Source of the DNA: an uncultured Verrucomicrobiae bacterium
Lineage (GTDB): Bacteria; Verrucomicrobiota; Verrucomicrobiia; Chthoniobacterales; UBA10450
Direction of reading: 5' to 3'
DNA: 64,000 nt
Assembly: GCA_963804875.1 (NCBI GenBank)
Contig: CAWDRX010000003.1
Location: 139,838 to 203,837, forward strand
In this document: piece by piece, positions 1 through 10,726 of the stretch
Position numbering within the stretch: position 1 is the first letter of the stretch
Layout: every line of letters begins with the position of its first letter
Made by a program: the position numbers and the translations under genes
The notes under the pieces: generated by a model
Database searches by the model: none
Told to the model about the DNA's origin: nothing
The model's input: the letters and a program-made list of their open reading frames with translations, nothing else

Positions 1-86
1 TTTAATTTATTTGGTCTGAAGTTGCGTTTCCCGAGCGCGCGCCCCGTACACCGGAAACGCACGCTCGAGAATCGCGAATAGTGTAT

Positions 87-320
87 CTAGGGATTTGGCG
101 ATGTATTAACGTTAATATCAGTCTTCTCTTCTTTCGTGGTGGTGGTGCTCCCCCCGGGTGGATTCACGATTGTCGTATTGGTTTCTTTCTTCTGGGACGG
201 TGGATTTACAATTGTGGTGTTACTTTCTTTCTTCTCCGCAGGCGGATTCACTGTTGTTGTTTTTTGCTCGCACGCAGCGAACAAGCCCAACATAGCCAAC
301 AGGTAAATGGATTTTTTCAT
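87..320 (-). CDS. Small lipoprotein with tandem 14-aa TTIVNPP(x)KKE(S/T)N repeats. Start chosen at MKK, which gives a signal peptide with lipobox LFAAC.
   Basis: ORF track 87..347 minus. An internal MKKSIYLLAMLGLFAAC signal peptide follows the annotated start. The repeats are visible in both protein and DNA. Confidence 0.5.
   Translation of the reverse strand: MKKSIYLLAMLGLFAACEQKTTTVNPPAEKKESNTTIVNPPSQKKETNTTIVNPPGGSTTTTKEEKTDINVNTSPNP
155..270. repeat. About 2.5 copies of a 42-bp tandem repeat inside the lipoprotein gene.
   Basis: gggtggattcacgattgtcgtattggtttctttcttctgggac, ggtggatttacaattgtggtgttactttctttcttctccgcag and gcggattcactgttgttg follow each other head to tail. Confidence 0.5.
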
Positions 321-630
321 ATCACTGGAATCGTATGCGGCAGCCATTCGGCCGTCTCATCGTTGACGGTTAGTTTGAATGAATCAGAGCCGCCGTCCGC
401 GTCGCGATGATACGCGGTTCGACGCGAGCGCCTCTAATGGTTAAGTATTCTTCCTAAAGAACTGTCTCAGCTTACGGCATGAGCGCCGGAGCGGTAGATT
501 CATCGAGTATCGTTGACGGTGCTTCAACTGAACTCTGTCGCCTTATTCTCAGCCGACCAACGAAAACCTCGGTCTCTTGGCCGAAGTGGTGTCGCTTCGA
601 TGTTCCCAAGTCAATAACATCCTGTAAGAG

Positions 631-3600
631 TTGTTTATGAGATTTTGGCCAAAGAAGGGCGATCCCGTGTTGGTCGTAGGCATTTTCCAAAGCGTGGGAG
701 CCGGTCGGGCCGTACTGCAGAGTCTCCATCGCGCTCGGTTTCGTCGGGCCGCGGCAATTCACGCTTCGGCCGAAGGCCGGCAGCGGGTGGAGGAACATGG
801 GATTTCGGCGATCGGCGGTTCGGCCGCCGCTTTAATTTTTAGCGTCGTTATTGGTACATTTATTTTTTGGGCGCGCGGAATGCTCGGCGATAACCGGCCG
901 GCCGGAGTGGCTCTGTCGCTGGCCGCGTTCGCGTTTGGCGGGGCGATCCTTGGCTGGATTCTCGTCCATTTGTTCCGGGAGCATGTCGATTCAGCCAGCT
1001 TCGGAAGATTCACGAAGACGATTCTGCCGAATGAAACGGTGGTCCTGGCTGAAGTCGAAGCGAGCGAAACATCGCGCGTGCTGGCGGTATTACGGGGCGT
1101 GGAAGCCGAGGCGCCCGTGACGTTCGGTTTTTACCCGCCGCCGCCTTTCTCCCTCGAATCGACCGCACGACCGCTCAGTCATGAACTGCCTTCAAGTCAG
1201 CGTCTCGTCGAAAAGGCGGCTAGCCTTGCACACGCTATCGCGGTCAGCCGAGCAGCGAAGCCGCGGGGGCCATCTTTCCTCCACCGGTTACTCAAAATCG
1301 AGGATGCGCTGGAATGGGCGAACATGAGTCTCACCATGTCGGCTGAGGCGCACCACGCCTTCACGCTTTCGGCGGAGTGGCTGTTGGATAACGCCTATTT
1401 GATTCGGGAACAGGTAGCCGATCTGCGGAAGAGTCTCCCGCAAAAACACTATGGAAAACTGCCTCTGATCGCCAGCGGCCCAGGTGTTGGTTTGCCCCGG
1501 GTTTATCACGTCGCGGCGGAAATGGTCGCCGAAACCGACGGAGCCTTGGAGTCCGAGATTATCCGGAGATTTTTGAGCGCGTTTCAGGCGATCACGCCAC
1601 TGGACATCGGAGAACTCTGGGCTCTTCCACTGATGTTGCGATTGCAGTTGCTCGAATGTTTGCGCACCCTCGCGATCCAGGTCGATCAACAACAAAGGGA
1701 AAGCGAGGAGGCAGATTTTTGGGCAAATCGGCTTATCACGGCCGCCCGGCACAGTTCACCGCGTTTGCTCAAAATAATGGAAGAACTCGTGGAACGGTAT
1801 CCGGAGCCGACGCCACACTTTGCAAGCGAACTGGTGGCGCATCTCTACGACGACGAGGGAGCGCTCCCGGTGGTGAGCGGTTGGCTGGAACGCTCGCTCC
1901 GCTCGCCGCTGCTGGAAGCCATGCAGCAGGAGCATCGACACCAGGCTGTACAGCAGACCGCGCTTACCAATGCGATCAATAGTTGTCGCCGCCTTGCGCA
2001 GATCCAATGGCGGGAACTCTTCCAACAGCTCAGCTGGGCGGAAAGCGAATTGGCCGCGGATCCGGCCGGCGTTTACGCTCGCCAGGATTTTGAAACGCGT
2101 GATCGATGCCGGAGCGCAGTGGAGGAAATCGCCCGCTGGTCAAATTGTTCGGAACAAGAAACTATCGATCACGCTCTCGCGCTGGCGAAGACTGCGCAGG
2201 ACGGAGTTGGACGGCACGTCGGCTACTACTTGATTGACGCCGGTCGACCGGTACTCGAGCAAGCCACGGGCGCGAGAATACCACTGACGGAAAGGTCGCG
2301 CCGATGGGTTCGTGCCCATGCAGCGGGCGCTTACTTCGGAAGCCTCTTGCTGATCATGACCATTTCGGTGGCGGCTCCTCTTCTTTTCGTTGCCGGGTTG
2401 GTTTCCTGCATGACACTGGGACTCCTGGGACTTCTGCTACTCTTGCCCGCGAGTGAGCTGGCGGTGCTGATCGTGAATTATTTGGTGACGTCTCTGCTAC
2501 CGCCGGAGGTCCTGCCTAAAATGTCCTTCGAAAAAGAAGGCATCCCCGAGGATTGCCGCACGCTGGTAGTGGTGCCGATGCTGCTGACCACTCCGAGCGC
2601 GATCCAAAGCCAGCTCAGTCGGCTTGAAATTCATTACCTCGGAAACACCGATCCGAATCTGCGGTTTTCACTCCTGTCAGATTTTTCTGACGCACCACGG
2701 CAGGACATGCCGGAAGATGCAGAATACATCGACATCGTGGCACGCGGTGTCGAGGAATTGAATCGCCGACATGGAGTCGGGCATTTCTTTCTTTTTCATC
2801 GCGGCCGCATGTGGAGCGAGAGCGAGCAACGCTGGATCGGCTGGGAACGCAAGCGCGGCAAGCTTGAGCAACTCAATCAATTTCTTATTGGAGAATCCAC
2901 GCCGGAGCTGGAAGGATTTCTGCGTGCGGGCGATCGTGCGCAACTCAACGGCATTCGCTTTGTCATCACCCTGGATGCCGATACCCAACTCTTGCGCGAT
3001 ACCGCCCGGAGGATGATTGAAACTCTAGCGCATCCATTAAATCAGGCGCGGCTTTCGCCAGACGCTCGCAAAGTAGTTCGCGGGTACACGATCGTTCAAC
3101 CAAGCGTCAGTGCGTCGCTTCCGAGCGCAACGGCGACATGGTTCTCACGCATTTTTGCTGATCCCCGCGGGATCGATCCTTACACGCACGCAGTCTCTGA
3201 CGTTTACCAGGATTTGTTCGGAGAAGGCAGTTATCACGGCAAGGGGATTTACGAATTGCAGACATTTCATCGGCTCTTATCGGGCCGATTTCCGACGGCG
3301 CACTTGTTGAGCCATGATCTGTTGGAAGGATGCCATGTCCGAGTAGGACTGGCGACAGACATCGAGTTGCTTGATGTCTTCCCGAATAGTTACATCTCGT
3401 GGTGGAGTCGCCAGCACCGCTGGATTCGCGGCGACTGGCAAATCATTGACTGGCTTAAGTCTTACGTGCCCGTGGGCGGCGACAGGATGGAACCCAATCC
3501 ACTTTCCATCTCCAACCGCTGGAAGATCTTCGACAATCTGCGCCGGAGTCTGGTGCCACCAACAATCATCGCCCTCCTCGTGGTCGGCTGGTTTTTCACG

Positions 3601-6600
3601 CCTGTTCCAATGGTTTGGAGCGGAATCATCGCCGGTCTGATGTTGTGGCCGGTTCTAAATTCTTTCCTCGCCTTACTGTTTCATCCGCCGCCGCCCGGAA
3701 CGAGATTTTGGCGCGACCCGCGCGACCGTCTCCTGCGGGTCATGCTGACTGTTGTTTTCCTGGCGGATAACGCGGCAATGGCGCTCGATGCCATTGTTCG
3801 CGTGATCTACCGGCGAATAATGTCGCATCGGCGGCTTTTGGAATGGGAGACTGCGGCAGACGCTCACCGGCGGGCGAGAAGTCGGCAACTGCAATTTATT
3901 CTCAGCAGACTTTGGATTCCCGCTGCATGCGTGTTGCTTTTCGCCGGCGCGGCGTCGCGGGGAACTGCGGTGATGGTAGCCGCGGCCCCCTTCCTGCTTC
4001 TGGGTGCTCTCTTTCCGGTCGCGGTGATGGTGATCAATCGGCCGGCAAAGAGTTGGCGTGGCGGAACCCTAACGTCGGAGGATCGCCGATTCCTGCACGC
4101 GGTCGCGCGACGAACGTGGAGATACTTCGATGATTTTGTTGGACCACAGACCTCTTGGTTGCCGCCGGACAATGTCCAGGAAACGCCAAAACGTGAAATT
4201 TTCATGCGCACGTCTCCGACCAACATCGGGCTGTCCATGCTGGCGACGGTCGCGGCGAACGATTTTGGTTACATCACCATCGATGAGTTGGTGGAGCGCA
4301 ACCTCCGCACGCTCGAAACCCTGGGTCGGCTCGAGCGTTTCGAAGGCCATCTTTTTAATTGGTATGACCTGAGCACTCTCGAGCCTTTGCGTCCACGCTA
4401 CGTCTCCGCCGTAGACAGCGGGAATTTGCTTGCCAGCCTGTGGACCTTCCAAACGAGCTGCAATGAGTTGGCCGCGCGTCCGCTTCTGGATGAGTCTGCA
4501 TTGCGAGGAATCGCGGACACCCTAAGCGTGCTTCGTCAAATCGCATCCAACCAGAAAGAAGCGGAACGCCCCCTGGCGTTTCTTCGCTTGGAGGGCATTA
4601 CCAGGGATCAGCCGGCAAATTTGGAAGAAATCATTGTTAGAATAAGGGCAGCTCGACAACTCGCGCACGACCTTCTGCTTCATTACCGCGGCCAGGAAAC
4701 CGATCCGCGCGTTTATTGGGCACAACAAATTTCAAAGCAGGTCGCGGCATGGAATGGCGTCATCGATAAATATCTGCGGCCGGTGGAAATTCTGATGTCG
4801 CCGCCCGCGCAATTGATGTCGTTAGGCGAAGCGACGCATGAATCTCGCAGAGAAGCGCTGGCGGCCACCTTTTCGCTGCGCAACATTGCCATCGAGGGCA
4901 TCGCTGGGCTGGTACCGCTGCTTCCTTTTTATCAGAGACGGGAGGACCAGGAAATATCCCGCGACATCCACGAGTGGCTCGATCTTCTCGTCGCAGAGGT
5001 CGACCGTTCGCGCCGGAATGCCTCGGAGCAGCTCGCGCACTTGGATGAGTTGATCGGCCAGAGCCAGCAACTGGAAGGCGGCATGGGGCTGCGATTTCTT
5101 TATGATGAGGAACGGCGAATTTTTGCCATTGGGTACCAAGTGGCTGAGCGCCGGCTTGACACTTCGTTTTACGATCTGCTCGCGAGCGAAGCGCGCTTAA
5201 CGAGCTTCCTGGCCATCGCGCGCGGAGAAGTGCCGGTAGAACACTGGTGGGCTTCGAGCCGGCCCTTTGGGTCTGCATACGGGCGTCTGCCGCTTCTGTC
5301 CTGGAGCGGGACGATGTTCGAATATTTGATGCCGCTATTATTTACTCAGACGCACGAGAATTCGCTGCTTGATCGCGCCTGTTACGATGCCGTGCATTGT
5401 CAGATTGGCTATGCCCGGCAAAACCGCGTGCCGTGGGGCATTTCGGAATCGGCCTTCAGCGCGCTCGACCGACACAACGTTTATCAATACCGAGCCTTTG
5501 GCGTCCCGGCGCTGGCTTTAAAGCGTGGGCAGGACGAAGACCTGGTCGTCGCACCGTATGCCGCCGCGCTCGCTCTCGGAGTGGAACCGGCGGCCGCGAT
5601 AAAGAATCTGCGAAGGCTCGCTAGCCTGTACGACTCAGCATTGCTCGGAGAATACGGGTACTACGAAGCGATCGATTATTCGCGACGCACGGAACTCGAC
5701 GGCGCGGCGGGAATCGTCATCCACTGTTACATGGTTCATCATCAGGGAATGTCGCTCCTGGCGTTTGCGAACGCCTTACATGACAACGCGATGCGGAAGC
5801 GATTTCATTCCGATCCGCGTATTCGGGCCACCGAGCCGCTTTTGCACGAACATATTCCGGAGCAAATTCTTCCGAGCACCGGCGAGGGGCATGAAGAACG
5901 ACCGGTAAGGCAGACGATTGCGACAGCCGGGGGCGCCGCAGTGGTGCAAATACCAGAGATCGCTTCGCCGCGCATTCATCTTCTCTCCAACGGAACTTGC
6001 TCCGTCACGGTGACCAACTCCGGTGGCGGTTACCTGCGCTGGCTGGACCTGGACGTGACGCGCTGGCGCGCCGATGCAACCTGTGACGTCTCGGGCCAGT
6101 TCTGCTACATCCGGGATTTGGAAAGTGGAACGACTTGGAGCAACACCCACCAACCGGTGAGATCTCCCGAGCGCCGTTACACCTGGACTTTCACGCCGGA
6201 CAAAGCGGAGTTTCGGCGTAGGAGTGGGCCATGCGAAACGATCACCGAAATTGTCGTCTCTGCGGAAGACAACGCGGAAGTCCGACGCGTGACCCTGGTG
6301 AATACGTCGCGGAAATCCTGTCAACTGGAGCTGACCAGTTATCTTGAGCTCGCCCTTGCGCCGCATCGGACGGACCGCGCGCATCCCGCCTTCAACAAGC
6401 TCTTCATAGAAACTGAGTGGCTGCCGAGTTGCGAAGCTCTTGTTGCCCGACGTCGACTTCGCGGTTCCGAGGATCGGCCTATCTGGGCTGCGCATCTCAT
6501 GGTCCCAGAATCCGCCATCGAGGCGCCGGAATTTGAAACCGACCGGGCCAAGTTTCTCGGCCGGGGTCGCACGCCGGAGAATCCGGAAGCGCTCACGCGC

Positions 6601-9600
6601 CATTTAACGAACAGTGTTGGTGCCGTGCTCGATCCAATATTCAGCCTGCGCCGGCGCGTCACGATTCTGCCTAACCAACGATTTCAGTTCGCGCTCGTTA
6701 CGGTGGTGGCAGATTCTCGTGAAGCGGTTGTTGCGCTGGCGGGGCGCTATTCTGAGTTTCACACTTGTGCGCGCGCTTTTGAGACCGCTTGGACCCATTC
6801 CCAACTTGAGATGCGTCGACTGCACATTCGCCGGGCCGATGTACAAACCTTTCAACAACTGGCCGGCCTGGTCATCCTTCCACAAGCCCAACTTCGACCA
6901 CCGCCGGGACGTCTTGGCCGTCGCAGCGAAGGTCAGCGAGCTCTCTGGCGACAAGGCATTTCGGGTGATCTGCCGATCGTCGTCGTCATGATTGGTCACC
7001 TCCGTGACATGGAAGTCGTGCGAGAGATATTGACCGCACATACCTTCTGGCATCTGCGCGGCCTGAAGGTCGATCTCGTCCTGGTGAGCGAGGAAGTGGC
7101 CAGTTACGACGAACCACTGACGGAAAATCTGCGTCGACTTACCGAAGCGCAGGCGCACTTAACCGGCGTCGATCAACCTGGCGGCGTCTATCTTCGCTCG
7201 GCAACAAAAATTTCAAAGGAAGAGCTGCTCGCACTTCAAGCGGCTGCGCGGATGGTGCTCGTCGCAGCTCGAGGCACATTGCGCCAACAACTTGCCGCGA
7301 GCGCGCCCGCGGCTGGGAAACCGCGTCTGTTGTTGCCCGGACACCAGTTCCGCGAAGAGCCCTCTGCGCCTTTGCCTTTCATGGAACTGAAATATTTTAA
7401 CGGTCTCGGCGGCTTTACCGAGGACGGCAAGGAATTCGTCATTTATCTGGGGCCCAATCGACAGACACCGCTTCCTTGGATCAACATCATGGCGAATCCG
7501 AAATTCGGCGCATTGATTTCCGAGTCCGGCGCGGAATGTATCTGGGGCCGCAATAGCCAGAACGATCGTCTCACGCCGTGGTTCAATGATCCGGTCTGCG
7601 ATCCGCCCGGAACCGCCATTTATATTCGCGATGATGAGATCGGGGTCGTGTGGTCGCCAACGCCCCAACCGATTCGCGAGACGGACGCCTATCGCGCGCG
7701 GCATGGTCAGGGTTACACTACATTTGAGCACAACAGCCACGCGATCGAACAATCGCTGCTCACTTTCGTGCCGGTCGATGATTCCGGGGGAAAGCCGGTG
7801 CGCTTGCAGCGTCTGCGCTTGCGTAACAATTCGTCGCGCCGACGAAAGCTGACTATCACCGCCTATGCCACGCTCGTGCTCGGACCCGATCCAGAGGAAA
7901 CCGGTATGCATATCGTTACGAAATGGGATTTGCAGAGCCAAAGCCTGTTTGCCCGCAATTCCTACAACCCGGAATTTTGCGATTGCATCACCTTCGCCAC
8001 TTTGGCTCCAACGCCTACTTCGTTCACCGCTGATCGCGCGGAGTTCATCGGGCGCAACCGTTCGCTGCGCGATCCGGCCGGGATGGAGAACGAACGATTG
8101 ACCGGCGACGTTGGCGCCGGCCACGATCCTTGCGCAGCGGTGCAAGTCGTAGTCGAAATTGAACCGGGGGACACCGCCGAAATGACTTTTCTTCTCGGAC
8201 AGGCGGACGACGAAGAAAAAGCGCGTGGACTCGTTAGGCATTTCCGCGATCCAGCGAATGTCGAAGCTGCATTTCAGGAAACCCGCCAATGGTGGGACCG
8301 ACTCCTAAGCACGATCGAAGTGGAAACACCCGAGCTTTCCACAAACTTTCTATTCAATCGCTGGCTGCTGTATCAAACCCTCAGCTGCCGGGTCTGGGGC
8401 CGCTCGGCCCTTTATCAATCGAGCGGCGCTTACGGGTTTCGAGACCAGTTGCAAGATGTCATGGCTCTCGTGCACGCTGCGCCGCAGTTGGCTCGCGAGC
8501 ACATCCTGCGCGCAGCCGCACGGCAATTCGTGGAGGGTGATGTGCAGCATTGGTGGCACCCAGAGTCTGGCGCCGGCGTCCGGACGCGTATCAGTGACGA
8601 TCTTCTCTGGCTTCCCTTCGTCACCGCGCATTACGTTCGCACCACCGGCGACGCCGAGATCCTCGATCAGATGGTTCCATTCCTCGACGGTAAACCGTTG
8701 GAGGAACAACAGACCGAGAGTCTTTCCATTCCGGTCGCGTCCACCACGCAAGGATCTTTGCTCGAACATTGCCGGCGGGCCATCGCGCGCTCTGCAACTG
8801 CCGGTCCGCATGGATTGCCTTTGATCGGAACTGGGGATTGGAATGACGGCCTTAATCGCGTTGGATTGGGCGGCAAAGGTGAAAGCGTCTGGCTCGCCTG
8901 GTTTGAGATTTGTGTGCTGAAAGACTTCGCGGAGTTGCTGACTCTACGCGAACTGGGCGATGAAGCGCGCGCCTGCCGCGTCCGCGCCGCGCACTTGGCT
9001 AAAACCGTTGACGCCCAGGCATGGGATGGAGCTTGGTATCGTCGCGCGTATTTCGACGACGGCACGCCTCTGGGCTCGAAAAAGAACAACGAGGCCCGCA
9101 TCGATTCACTTCCACAAAGCTGGGCTGCGATTTCCCGTGCTGGCGACGCCGATCGCATTGAGGTCGCACTGCGATCGCTTGAAGAAAATCTCGTCCGTGA
9201 AGCCGACGATCTAATTTTACTCTTTACTCCGCCGTTCGACAAAACCGCCGCCGACGTTGGCTACATCAAGGGTTATCCTCCCGGAGTGCGGGAAAACGGC
9301 GGCCAATACACGCATGGCGCCACCTGGGTGGCCCTGGCTTTTGCTCGCCAAGGAGATGGCGATACAGCCGTCCGACTCTTACGGATGCTGAATCCTGTCG
9401 AACATGCCCGGAACGAGGAAGACTGTGAACGCTATAAGGTTGAGCCTTACGTTATTCCCGGCGATGTCTATTCGTTAACCGGCCAGGTTGGACGTGGAGG
9501 TTGGACTGGTACACTGGCGCAGCGGCCTGGACTTACCGCGTCTGGCTTGAAGAAATTCTGGGTTTCCAACGTCGCGGCGATACCGTCACGATCAATCCGG

Positions 9601-9708
9601 TTATACCGAAAGATTGGCCTGGCTTTCGTCTGCGATACCGTTTCCAAAACACCACTTATCGCTTCGCTGTCGAGAATCCTGACTGCTGTTCGCGAGGTGT
9701 TATTCTAG
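631..9708 (+). CDS. ndvB: Cyclic beta-1,2-glucan synthase (NdvB/ChvB/Cgs-like). It has N-terminal TM segments, a GT84-like glycosyltransferase region and a C-terminal GH94 glucan-phosphorylase-like domain. The start may be the TTG at 631 or the ATG at 637.
   Basis: Single 3025-aa ORF. Motifs EWLLDNAYLIREQ, ITLDADTQL (DxD), GDWNDGLNRVG (GH94) and the (alpha/alpha)6 region YTHGATWV are present. The predicted TM hairpin spans the later in-frame Met at 880, so the upstream start is preferred. Confidence 0.8.
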   Translation: MFMRFWPKKGDPVLVVGIFQSVGAGRAVLQSLHRARFRRAAAIHASAEGRQRVEEHGISAIGGSAAALIFSVVIGTFIFWARGMLGDNRPAGVALSLAAFAFGGAILGWILVHLFREHVDSASFGRFTKTILPNETVVLAEVEASETSRVLAVLRGVEAEAPVTFGFYPPPPFSLESTARPLSHELPSSQRLVEKAASLAHAIAVSRAAKPRGPSFLHRLLKIEDALEWANMSLTMSAEAHHAFTLSAEWLLDNAYLIREQVADLRKSLPQKHYGKLPLIASGPGVGLPRVYHVAAEMVAETDGALESEIIRRFLSAFQAITPLDIGELWALPLMLRLQLLECLRTLAIQVDQQQRESEEADFWANRLITAARHSSPRLLKIMEELVERYPEPTPHFASELVAHLYDDEGALPVVSGWLERSLRSPLLEAMQQEHRHQAVQQTALTNAINSCRRLAQIQWRELFQQLSWAESELAADPAGVYARQDFETRDRCRSAVEEIARWSNCSEQETIDHALALAKTAQDGVGRHVGYYLIDAGRPVLEQATGARIPLTERSRRWVRAHAAGAYFGSLLLIMTISVAAPLLFVAGLVSCMTLGLLGLLLLLPASELAVLIVNYLVTSLLPPEVLPKMSFEKEGIPEDCRTLVVVPMLLTTPSAIQSQLSRLEIHYLGNTDPNLRFSLLSDFSDAPRQDMPEDAEYIDIVARGVEELNRRHGVGHFFLFHRGRMWSESEQRWIGWERKRGKLEQLNQFLIGESTPELEGFLRAGDRAQLNGIRFVITLDADTQLLRDTARRMIETLAHPLNQARLSPDARKVVRGYTIVQPSVSASLPSATATWFSRIFADPRGIDPYTHAVSDVYQDLFGEGSYHGKGIYELQTFHRLLSGRFPTAHLLSHDLLEGCHVRVGLATDIELLDVFPNSYISWWSRQHRWIRGDWQIIDWLKSYVPVGGDRMEPNPLSISNRWKIFDNLRRSLVPPTIIALLVVGWFFTPVPMVWSGIIAGLMLWPVLNSFLALLFHPPPPGTRFWRDPRDRLLRVMLTVVFLADNAAMALDAIVRVIYRRIMSHRRLLEWETAADAHRRARSRQLQFILSRLWIPAACVLLFAGAASRGTAVMVAAAPFLLLGALFPVAVMVINRPAKSWRGGTLTSEDRRFLHAVARRTWRYFDDFVGPQTSWLPPDNVQETPKREIFMRTSPTNIGLSMLATVAANDFGYITIDELVERNLRTLETLGRLERFEGHLFNWYDLSTLEPLRPRYVSAVDSGNLLASLWTFQTSCNELAARPLLDESALRGIADTLSVLRQIASNQKEAERPLAFLRLEGITRDQPANLEEIIVRIRAARQLAHDLLLHYRGQETDPRVYWAQQISKQVAAWNGVIDKYLRPVEILMSPPAQLMSLGEATHESRREALAATFSLRNIAIEGIAGLVPLLPFYQRREDQEISRDIHEWLDLLVAEVDRSRRNASEQLAHLDELIGQSQQLEGGMGLRFLYDEERRIFAIGYQVAERRLDTSFYDLLASEARLTSFLAIARGEVPVEHWWASSRPFGSAYGRLPLLSWSGTMFEYLMPLLFTQTHENSLLDRACYDAVHCQIGYARQNRVPWGISESAFSALDRHNVYQYRAFGVPALALKRGQDEDLVVAPYAAALALGVEPAAAIKNLRRLASLYDSALLGEYGYYEAIDYSRRTELDGAAGIVIHCYMVHHQGMSLLAFANALHDNAMRKRFHSDPRIRATEPLLHEHIPEQILPSTGEGHEERPVRQTIATAGGAAVVQIPEIASPRIHLLSNGTCSVTVTNSGGGYLRWLDLDVTRWRADATCDVSGQFCYIRDLESGTTWSNTHQPVRSPERRYTWTFTPDKAEFRRRSGPCETITEIVVSAEDNAEVRRVTLVNTSRKSCQLELTSYLELALAPHRTDRAHPAFNKLFIETEWLPSCEALVARRRLRGSEDRPIWAAHLMVPESAIEAPEFETDRAKFLGRGRTPENPEALTRHLTNSVGAVLDPIFSLRRRVTILPNQRFQFALVTVVADSREAVVALAGRYSEFHTCARAFETAWTHSQLEMRRLHIRRADVQTFQQLAGLVILPQAQLRPPPGRLGRRSEGQRALWRQGISGDLPIVVVMIGHLRDMEVVREILTAHTFWHLRGLKVDLVLVSEEVASYDEPLTENLRRLTEAQAHLTGVDQPGGVYLRSATKISKEELLALQAAARMVLVAARGTLRQQLAASAPAAGKPRLLLPGHQFREEPSAPLPFMELKYFNGLGGFTEDGKEFVIYLGPNRQTPLPWINIMANPKFGALISESGAECIWGRNSQNDRLTPWFNDPVCDPPGTAIYIRDDEIGVVWSPTPQPIRETDAYRARHGQGYTTFEHNSHAIEQSLLTFVPVDDSGGKPVRLQRLRLRNNSSRRRKLTITAYATLVLGPDPEETGMHIVTKWDLQSQSLFARNSYNPEFCDCITFATLAPTPTSFTADRAEFIGRNRSLRDPAGMENERLTGDVGAGHDPCAAVQVVVEIEPGDTAEMTFLLGQADDEEKARGLVRHFRDPANVEAAFQETRQWWDRLLSTIEVETPELSTNFLFNRWLLYQTLSCRVWGRSALYQSSGAYGFRDQLQDVMALVHAAPQLAREHILRAAARQFVEGDVQHWWHPESGAGVRTRISDDLLWLPFVTAHYVRTTGDAEILDQMVPFLDGKPLEEQQTESLSIPVASTTQGSLLEHCRRAIARSATAGPHGLPLIGTGDWNDGLNRVGLGGKGESVWLAWFEICVLKDFAELLTLRELGDEARACRVRAAHLAKTVDAQAWDGAWYRRAYFDDGTPLGSKKNNEARIDSLPQSWAAISRAGDADRIEVALRSLEENLVREADDLILLFTPPFDKTAADVGYIKGYPPGVRENGGQYTHGATWVALAFARQGDGDTAVRLLRMLNPVEHARNEEDCERYKVEPYVIPGDVYSLTGQVGRGGWTGTLAQRPGLTASGLKKFWVSNVAAIPSRSIRLYRKIGLAFVCDTVSKTPLIASLSRILTAVREVLF

Positions 9709-9903
9709 TGGAATTGGACGGCGTTTCGGTAGCCGACAAAATTGTAAAGTTGCGTGACGATGGACAAACTCACGAAGTGCGTGTTGTCATGGGAAACAAA
9801 CCCTCCACGTAAGCCGTTGCTCCGCCGAAAATCGTTTCCCATAACAGATTGCGCTTGGTCAGAACAATACTGCGTCACGCATTCTTCCGAGAGAGAGATG
9901 GGA

Positions 9904-10086
9904 TCACATGTCCTCAATCTCAGCTCGGAGCTCGTCCCTTGTTCTGCCGACCCTTTTTTCTAGGCGACCCAGAAGTTCGTCCTCTTTGCCCTCGGCAAAC
10001 ATCAGATCATCGTCAGTCAGCTGAGCGTATTTCTGCTTCAGTTTGCCCTTAACTTCGTTCCAACTCCCCTTCAATTGTAGCTTCAT
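9904..10086 (-). CDS. CsbD-family general stress protein.
   Basis: 60 aa. [16 protein letters not shown]...[16 protein letters not shown] matches the CsbD pattern. Confidence 0.7.
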   Translation of the reverse strand: MKLQLKGSWNEVKGKLKQKYAQLTDDDLMFAEGKEDELLGRLEKRVGRTRDELRAEIEDM

Positions 10087-10228
10087 AACAGAGACAATTC
10101 GTGTGTCGCATGGTGACCGGACTTCATGTTTTTCAACTCAATGCAGATCGAACCAAACAAAACGCGCCTTTTGCTGCCCGCCCATTAGCGGAACAGAAAG
10201 GCGCGTTGGAGACGAACGAGACTAAATA

Positions 10229-10558
10229 TTAATCTTCGTCCAGGATCACGCGATCCACGACCATAGCGTCGCCGGTCCCGCTGTAGTGAACTCGGACGGG
10301 AACACCCACTTTAACCCTTGTTCTAACGACGTTTTCATCCAGTATCTTACCGCTGCGCGTCACGTAGGTAACGGTTTTGCCGAAGCGATAATGCCGAGGC
10401 CCGCTCGTTTCTTTCAGCACGATCATGCTGCCCGGGCTGTACTCGGTGATCGTACCGGTGGCGTCGGTCGTGGTCGTCGTGGTCGTAGTTTCTGACACTT
10501 GTGCCCACGCGAATGGCGCCACGAATGCCAACGCGATGCTTAATACTGCTTTTTTCAT
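10229..10558 (-). CDS. Secreted hypothetical protein with a signal peptide and a poly-Thr linker.
   Basis: MKKAVLSIALAFVAPFAWAQ signal peptide. An AAGGGG-type SD-like sequence lies upstream. Confidence 0.5.
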   Translation of the reverse strand: MKKAVLSIALAFVAPFAWAQVSETTTTTTTTDATGTITEYSPGSMIVLKETSGPRHYRFGKTVTYVTRSGKILDENVVRTRVKVGVPVRVHYSGTGDAMVVDRVILDED

Positions 10559-10726
10559 GTTTTCCCCTTTGTTGGTTAAATTGCGGCAGTAATAATCGCC
10601 TTTTTCCCCTCTAAATTAGAGAGTCCAAACGGCTTGCCGCTTTACCCCAATTCGGATTGGATATCTGGTGTGGATGTTTTGTCAGCGCGTTTTGTATAAA
10701 GGGCGGTTTTAGTCTGAGAGCTGAAT

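Noticed and set aside
472-1752. Minus-strand and alternative-frame ORFs (472..798, 759..1013, 1288..1752 and many more) inside the glucan-synthase gene.
   Set aside because: They are antisense or out of frame to a 9-kb ORF with clear family motifs. High GC produces long spurious ORFs.
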